A program made the position numbers and the translations under genes. 7,496 nt of DNA. It comes from Candidatus Iainarchaeum sp. (GTDB lineage: Archaea > Iainarchaeota > Iainarchaeia > Iainarchaeales > CSSED10-239). The notes under the pieces are model-generated. The model made no database searches. It was not told the DNA's origin and was given only the letters and a program-made list of their open reading frames with translations. The stretch covers positions 1 to 7,496 of the forward strand of contig JAQVTI010000021.1 of the NCBI GenBank assembly GCA_028700115.1, written 5' to 3'. Shown here piece after piece: positions 1-6,300 of this stretch. How positions within the stretch are numbered: the first letter of the stretch is position 1; each line of letters opens with the position of its first letter.

Positions 1-191
1 TAAGTTTATACAGATTAAAATCCTGGGCAAGATGGTTAATCATAATCTTTTCATTATTTAGTTTTTCTTATTCCTTTTTAGGGCTATTGACAGGAAATTT
101 TTCAGTAATTGTTGGATTTTTAATAAACGGGGTAATTGCTTGGTATTTAATATTTGATGAGCAGGTTAAAATTAAATTTAAAGGAAAATAA
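1..191 (+). CDS. 3' end (62 codons + stop) of a small hydrophobic membrane protein of unknown function; 5' end lies outside the window
   Basis: Frame 3 (codons from nt 3) is open from the window edge to TAA 189-191: SLYRLKSWARWLIIIFSLFSFSYSFLGLLTGNFSVIVGFLINGVIAWYLIFDEQVKIKFKGK*. It has two helix-length hydrophobic runs and a Lys-rich tail. A 62-codon stop-free run is unlikely by chance in DNA this AT-rich. It is absent from the ORF track because no start lies in the window. No family recognised. Confidence 0.5.
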   Translation, partial: SLYRLKSWARWLIIIFSLFSFSYSFLGLLTGNFSVIVGFLINGVIAWYLIFDEQVKIKFKGK

Positions 192-200
192 AAGGAAGGG

Positions 201-247
201 TTTTTTAAATATTGTGTTCTAGAATTATTTTAATTATAAAAAGTGAG
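201..247 (+). promoter_or_regulatory. Candidate archaeal promoter and ribosome-binding region of the giant gene
   Basis: TTTAAATA (204-211) fits the archaeal TATA consensus TTTAWATA. A second TATA-like stretch TTTAATTATAAA lies at 228-239. GTGAG (243-247) is a partial match to GGAGGTGA, 9 nt before ATG 257. AT-rich background makes such matches common. Confidence 0.3.
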
Positions 248-256
248 TTGGTTATT

Positions 257-316
257 ATGTTAAAATATTTGAATATATTTTTTGTTATTGTGTTGTTAAT
301 GCCTTTTGCTTTTGCA
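257..316 (+). other. Predicted Sec-type signal peptide of the giant protein
   Basis: MLKYLNIFFVIVLLMPFAFA followed by ELQP: short Lys-containing n-region, 12-13 residue hydrophobic core, A-x-A at -3/-1. By-eye prediction only. Confidence 0.6.
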
Positions 317-3300
317 GAACTACAACCTGTTTTTTTAGATCAAAATATACACTATTTTGGCGAAGAAATAAATTTTGGATTAGTAGGTATTATTCCCGAC
401 GATTTTAATCGTGCAGAATTTCAAATCCAATTACCTATTGGGGACAACTATCATGAAGCTACTTTGTCTTTAACTAATTTAAGTGATTATAGTTTTTCTT
501 TTCCTTTGGATTTTATATATAACGAATTGAAAATAAAATATGTATATTATAATTTTGACAATATAGAAATATTAAATCAAGAACATTTATTAAAATTAGA
601 GAAGTTGTCAATTATAGAAAATATAGGTTATTGTATTAATTCAATCTGTAATAATACTTATTTTGATGACGTGAATGCTAATGAAATTGAATTAACTACT
701 TTTCCTAAAATTAGTGATGAAAACATAAATTTTGATATATTATTAATTTTAGATGGATATATTATAGAAGAAGTAAGAAACACTAAATTACCACATTATT
801 TTGACATAAGAGCAGGAGAGTATGAAATAAAAATAACTCCTAATTATGGGGATTTAAAATTTATAACTAAGTCTTTATTTTTAAATATAATTATAATGCA
901 AGAGAATAATAATAATTTAAGAGAATATTTGAATGAAATTAAAGAACAAGACGCAGATAAAGAAACATTTGTGCTTTTAAATAACGATGAATCTCAGATT
1001 AAAGAACTAAAAACTGAGGGCGAAAAAAATAACTTTTGGATAATTGGATTAGGAATACTTGGAGGATTGATTATTTTGATTACAATATTATTTTTTAATA
1101 AACAAAAAGATAAAAACGAAAAAACAAATAGAAGAGAACTTCGTAAAAGTAGGGGTTTTTTGTTTTTCGTATTTTTTTTATTTTTAGCGTCTTTTGCTTT
1201 TGCAACACCTCTTGATGAAAAAAATGCAGAATATAATAATTTAGAAACCAAATTTAATACATTACAAGAATTATTTCCTTATCCGAAAGCATTTACAATA
1301 AGTGTTAGTAATAGCAATCCACAAAACACACAGTATTATCCAATTTTTGCAACTGGGTTGAATGACACTCAAATCCGTCCCGTTTTAAATAATAAAACCC
1401 AAAATTTGACTGCGAATTTAGAAGCAATTTATTTTTCGATAGATATAAAGAACGCAATCGAAAAATCTAAAACTAATAACAATCCTCTTTTTTTTGAGAG
1501 CGGTTGCGAACAAGTATTAGAGTGGTTTCAAGCAAATCCAATTACAGAAGATCCAAATACTTTGATTGCAAGAACGAAAGAAAATTTATTAAAGAATATA
1601 ATAATAACGGATAAAAAAAACGGATATACCGATAGAGATGTTGTATTTATTAATAATAAACTTAATGAATTAAAAAATAACAAAAAATATAATAATTCAA
1701 TAAATCCTTATGCTGATTATTGTATTTCTGAATATTTGACTAAATTAGAATCTAATCTTGGTGGGAAATATCTTGTGGAAAAAAAAATTTTATTAAAAAT
1801 AAATTATTTTGAAAAAAACACAGAAAAAATAGAAACTCAAGATGACGAAATTACAGATACTATTGTGTTTTTAAATAACAAAAATAAAGATGTTTTAGAA
1901 GGTGAATTTTTAGGTAGCGATCTTAACCATATATTTGTTGAAGTAAATTATGTTAATGATATTTTAAAAGAACAAAGTTTAGTTTTACAAGGAATACCAA
2001 CAGATAGAATTATTAGAAAAGATAATTTAATTGAAGGCAATAAAATAAGTAACTATACTATTCCTTATTTAACAGAAGGAGAAAATTTAACTATAAAATA
2101 TACGGCTCAATTAATAAATTTAGAAATAATGGATTCCGATTATGGTAGTTATTATCAATTAGAAGAGTTGCCTGTAGATTCTTCTGAAATTTATAAAAAA
2201 GGTTTTGCTTTTGTAATTCCTGATAAAAGCATAGCTGCTTTAAGAAATAAAATTATATCTAATATAGAATTAACTGGAATGGTTCGTTTAAATAATGGCA
2301 GATACGAATTAAAATGGAACCCTGAATCGTTAGCTATTCTTGCAGAAGCAAATATTAATCCTGCAAAATTTATTATTATAGATAAAAAGATAATAATTAA
2401 TATAGGTCCAGAAAATCAAAAATTAAATTTAGGTATAGATTGGGATTACGGAATAATACTTGCCGATTCTTCTGAAATTACTTTGTTACTTGAAGAAGAA
2501 AATACCATTTATTTAACACCAAACATAACTAATTTGTATTTAGAATTACTTAAAAAAACAATTATAAAAGCAACAAGCCAAAAGAATTTAGAATTAATTA
2601 GATTACAATTGCCTATTTTTTTTATATTTACATTTAAGAAAAATGCACAAACTATTAATAATGAAGACGCATTATACTTGAAAACATATGATGAAATTGC
2701 AGATTTTCTTAAAAATACAAACCTTACTCCATTAGAAAAAAACATTATATTTAATAATTTAATTTCTTTAACTGAAGATTTTTCTTTTCCAAAACAAGGG
2801 GGTGGGCTATATAAATTTAAATATAAAACAAGATTAGTCCTTAATTACGGGCTTGTTAATTATATTGATAATCCAGAAAATATAAGTAATATTAATATAG
2901 AAAATCAATCTGCAGCAATGCCTTATTTATACGATAATGCTTATTTAGAACGAAAAGGTTTTGTTGATAAAGATTTAACTAAATTTTTGATTTTAGGATA
3001 TCTAGGAGACAATTACAGGTCTTATAATCCTGAACTAAATAAAGATTCAGCATATGATTCGTATGATTCTTATGAATCAGATTTTAAATCACAAACACAA
3101 AAAATATTTGTGGACCAAAATGCGAATGAACAAAATTGGGGGTACTATAAACAATTAATATCGTATCCATTTTATAGAACTGGATTTGAACAAAAGCCAT
3201 GTTCTTATGATAAAGTTAATTTTCCCGAATATTTCTCTGAAAGTTATTGTTCTGTTGCATATAATTTTAATTCTGAAAGTGGAAATTTTGGGACATTATA

Positions 3301-6300
3301 TAATCCAAACAATCTTAATGAGGGTTGGTTAATGCAGGATTACGACTTTCAAAATAATTATACTTCTGCATATAGATCTTTATTACTTCTTGAAGATATA
3401 GATTCTTTTAAAAACAACAAACTTACATTTAATTCAAATCAACTTAAAACATTTAATAAATTAAATGCATTTCTTAGTTTGATAGAATTAGAAGCTATAA
3501 GAAAAAGAGATTCTGGTAATACTAAAAATTATGGAACGGCATTAGTTTTATCTTATAAATTACTAGAGCTTTGGAATGGAAATTATAACGCATTAAAAGA
3601 ATATGATGATTCTAACAGACTTGGACAACAAATTTCTAATATAAATGCGGCTCTTGCGTATCAAGCAACCGTTAAATTAAAAAGCATCATTGCATCAGAC
3701 AAAATTATGAGGTTAGATGCTTATAAAAATATATATGAAACAGATTTTGATAGATTTAAAGAGTCTATTGATCCATCTGCCGGATTTTTTGATCTTACAG
3801 ATTCTGCAAGATTTATGATTACTGGTAGTTGGTTTGAAACATTTATTTTTACGGGGACTAAAAAAGATGTAGAGAAATTAGAACAAAGAGATAGAGATAA
3901 ATATAATAAATTATTACACGGCGCTTGTTGTATAGCGCAAAGATTGGGAGAATTAGAAGGTGTGTCAAATTATAAGAATTGGACGGTTGCTGAAATTAAA
4001 GATAATTACAGTCCATATTCTAAAAATAATAAAATAAAAAATGATGTTATTGGTTGGGTGACTGAAAGATCTGGGTGTAGTGGGACATTAAGAGCAAATC
4101 CAGACGATTGTGCAACAGACATATTATATTTGTATAATTCAAAAGAATATGGAAAAGACCTTTCTATTATTTTAAATGATACAAAAGAAAAAAAATCTAT
4201 AACTAATTATTTAACACAACACTATAATACTAAAGGTCAAATAAATTTAGATATTGATAATGGAGTGCAACTAAGTAGTACAGAAATAGAATTAGAAAAA
4301 GATATTGCAAAATTTAAACCCGGAACAATTGGTAGTGTTTTAAAATTTATAGATGCCGGAATTAATCCCGTGGCAATAGTTCTTACAGTGGCTACTGTGG
4401 GTATAGGTCATGGACTAGCAACAGGAACAGGTGGTTTTTTTACAAGAGTTGCGGGCGGTTTTACAGCAAAATTAGGAACTTCTACAGCTGGAAGTTTAGC
4501 GAGTACTGTGGGTGCGAGAGTAGTATATGAATTGGGGGAAAATGTAGTTATAGACGGGACATACGGAGCGTTAGCTTATAAATTGCCAAATGTTGCGGGC
4601 AAACATCCATTTTTAACTTGTATATTGTTGGGTGTTGTTGCTGGAAATTTTCAAAAACCTTTAGCTAGTTTGGATAATGCTGCAAAAATAATGACTACAG
4701 ATATAATTACAAATGCTGGTTTAAAAAATGCAGACAGTATAAAAATACAAACTGCAATAAAAGAGTCGTTAAATTTAGATTATCAAGATACTGCTGAGCA
4801 ATTATTGAAATTAAAAAGCGGAGAGTCTGCAACAGATGCATTTTTTAAAAAACTACCTAAAGTCGCGGCAGGTTCTGTTGATGATGAACTTGTTAATTCC
4901 ATACAAAAAAATCTAGTGGCTCAAAAAATTTCTGTAAGTGCGGATGTTATAAAAAAAAGTTTAGAAAATAACAATATATATTTAACAACAAGAGCAACGG
5001 CAGTTTCTAAATTTAAATCAACTAAAAGTCTTATAGAAATAAATAGAATGGTTGAAGCAAATTTAGATGAATCTTCTGATAAATTTATTAAATTAGCGAC
5101 AAACCGAACAGTGCCTGAAAGACATGGAATTAAATTTGCAAATATCGTTGACGAATTTGACGATTTAAAAAGATTCAACGAAATTGACCCAGAACATTTT
5201 GCAAAACCAACAAGAATAATATACGATGATTTTGGAAATCCATTAGGTTATGAGATGGATAAAATAAACGGGTTTACTCTTGCAGATTATATTGAAGGGG
5301 GCGGCACACTAGATGATTCTTTTTATAAGAGAATAGAAGATTCTGTCGAAAAATTACATAAGCAAGGATATGCTCACGGCGATATTAATCCTAGAAATAT
5401 AATAATTACTCAAACACCAGAAGGATTAGATTTTAAAATAATAGACCCGGTTGGCTTTAGAAAGCTTGCAGACAATGTAAATTTAAGAAGCACAACAGAT
5501 ACAATAATAAATGACGACACTATAAATGTTAGAAATTTAAAGAACTATACAACTTCTGATCAAATATATTATCAAACAAATTATGTTCCAAAAAATACGG
5601 CATCTCCAGGAATTAAATCAGGCGATTATGTAGTTATAGAAAATAGTACGACTAATAAAATTGGAAAAATACAAATAACACAAGATGGCAGATATTGGAT
5701 AAATTTTTCGGATGGTTCCTCAGGGTATTATAATGAATTAGATATTATAAATATGAAAAACCTAGATAATTATAAGAAACTAGTAGATACAAGTTATATA
5801 AATACATACACTGATGATTATTTAGGTGGACCATTTTTAGAAACACCGAAAAAATTACCAGACACATTTATTTTTAAAAGTACAAATAATTTGGATGGAA
5901 GAGAAATTATTCTTGTTGATAAATTAAATGACCCTATACTAAAAAATTTTTTGTCAGATTTAAAATTAGATTTAAAAAACCTCAGCAGGAGGGATGAATT
6001 TGGTACATTTCTGGATAAAGTATCTTTGGTTAAACAAAGAGTGGATTCTGTAATGAGTCATTATCAAGATTTGGAAAACAGAACAAATTTACTAAAAAAT
6101 ATAATTAACAATAAAGATGTTTCTGGGCAAGTTGTTCCATTAGGTTATTTTATAAATAATAATATAGGGGTTTGTAGACATCGAGCATTATTATATAAAT
6201 TAGCATTAGATGAAATAGATATTAGGTCAACAATAGTAAGAGGTTGGAAAAAAATTGATGGTCTAGATGTAAGACACTCGTGGGTAGAAATAAACGATCC

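Noticed and set aside
212-256. TTG 212 as the start of the giant gene (the ORF-track start, adding MCSRIILIIKSELVI).
   Set aside because: It would place 15 extra residues, partly hydrophobic and partly acidic, in front of an otherwise canonical signal peptide, and it abuts the TATA-like TTTAAATA (204-211). ATG 257 gives a textbook n-h-c signal peptide. TTG 212 is not fully excluded, because AGGAAGGG at 193-200 could serve as an SD if the gene is co-transcribed with the upstream gene.
994-1251. Antisense ORF, 85 aa (minus strand). Similar antisense ORFs lie at 2509-2745 (78 aa), 4921-5178 (85 aa) and 6375-6599 (74 aa).
   Set aside because: All lie entirely inside the giant + strand ORF and have low-complexity K/N/F/L/S-rich translations typical of the reverse frame of AT-rich genes. 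They show no upstream SD or TATA context and no recognisable motif. They are best explained as shadow ORFs.
1779-1787. Homopolymer tracts inside the giant ORF (A9 at 1779-1787, T8 at 1488-1495, A8 near 1613-1620) as possible slippage, phase-variation or programmed frameshift sites.
   Set aside because: Such runs are expected at this AT content. The reading frame is intact across all of them, and no alternative frame opens downstream. Only population-level read data could reveal length variation.
2603-2635. Hydrophobic stretch LQLPIFFIFTF as an additional TM helix in the ectodomain.
   Set aside because: It is only about 11 residues, contains a Pro and is flanked by Arg and Lys. That is too short to span a membrane and is more likely a buried beta-strand or core helix.
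3053-3079. Micro-repeat TAT GAT TCG TAT GAT TCT TAT GAA TCA (YDS YDS YES).
   Set aside because: It has only three imperfect 9-nt units within a low-complexity acidic/aromatic linker. It is too short to call a tandem-repeat feature or to assign a function.
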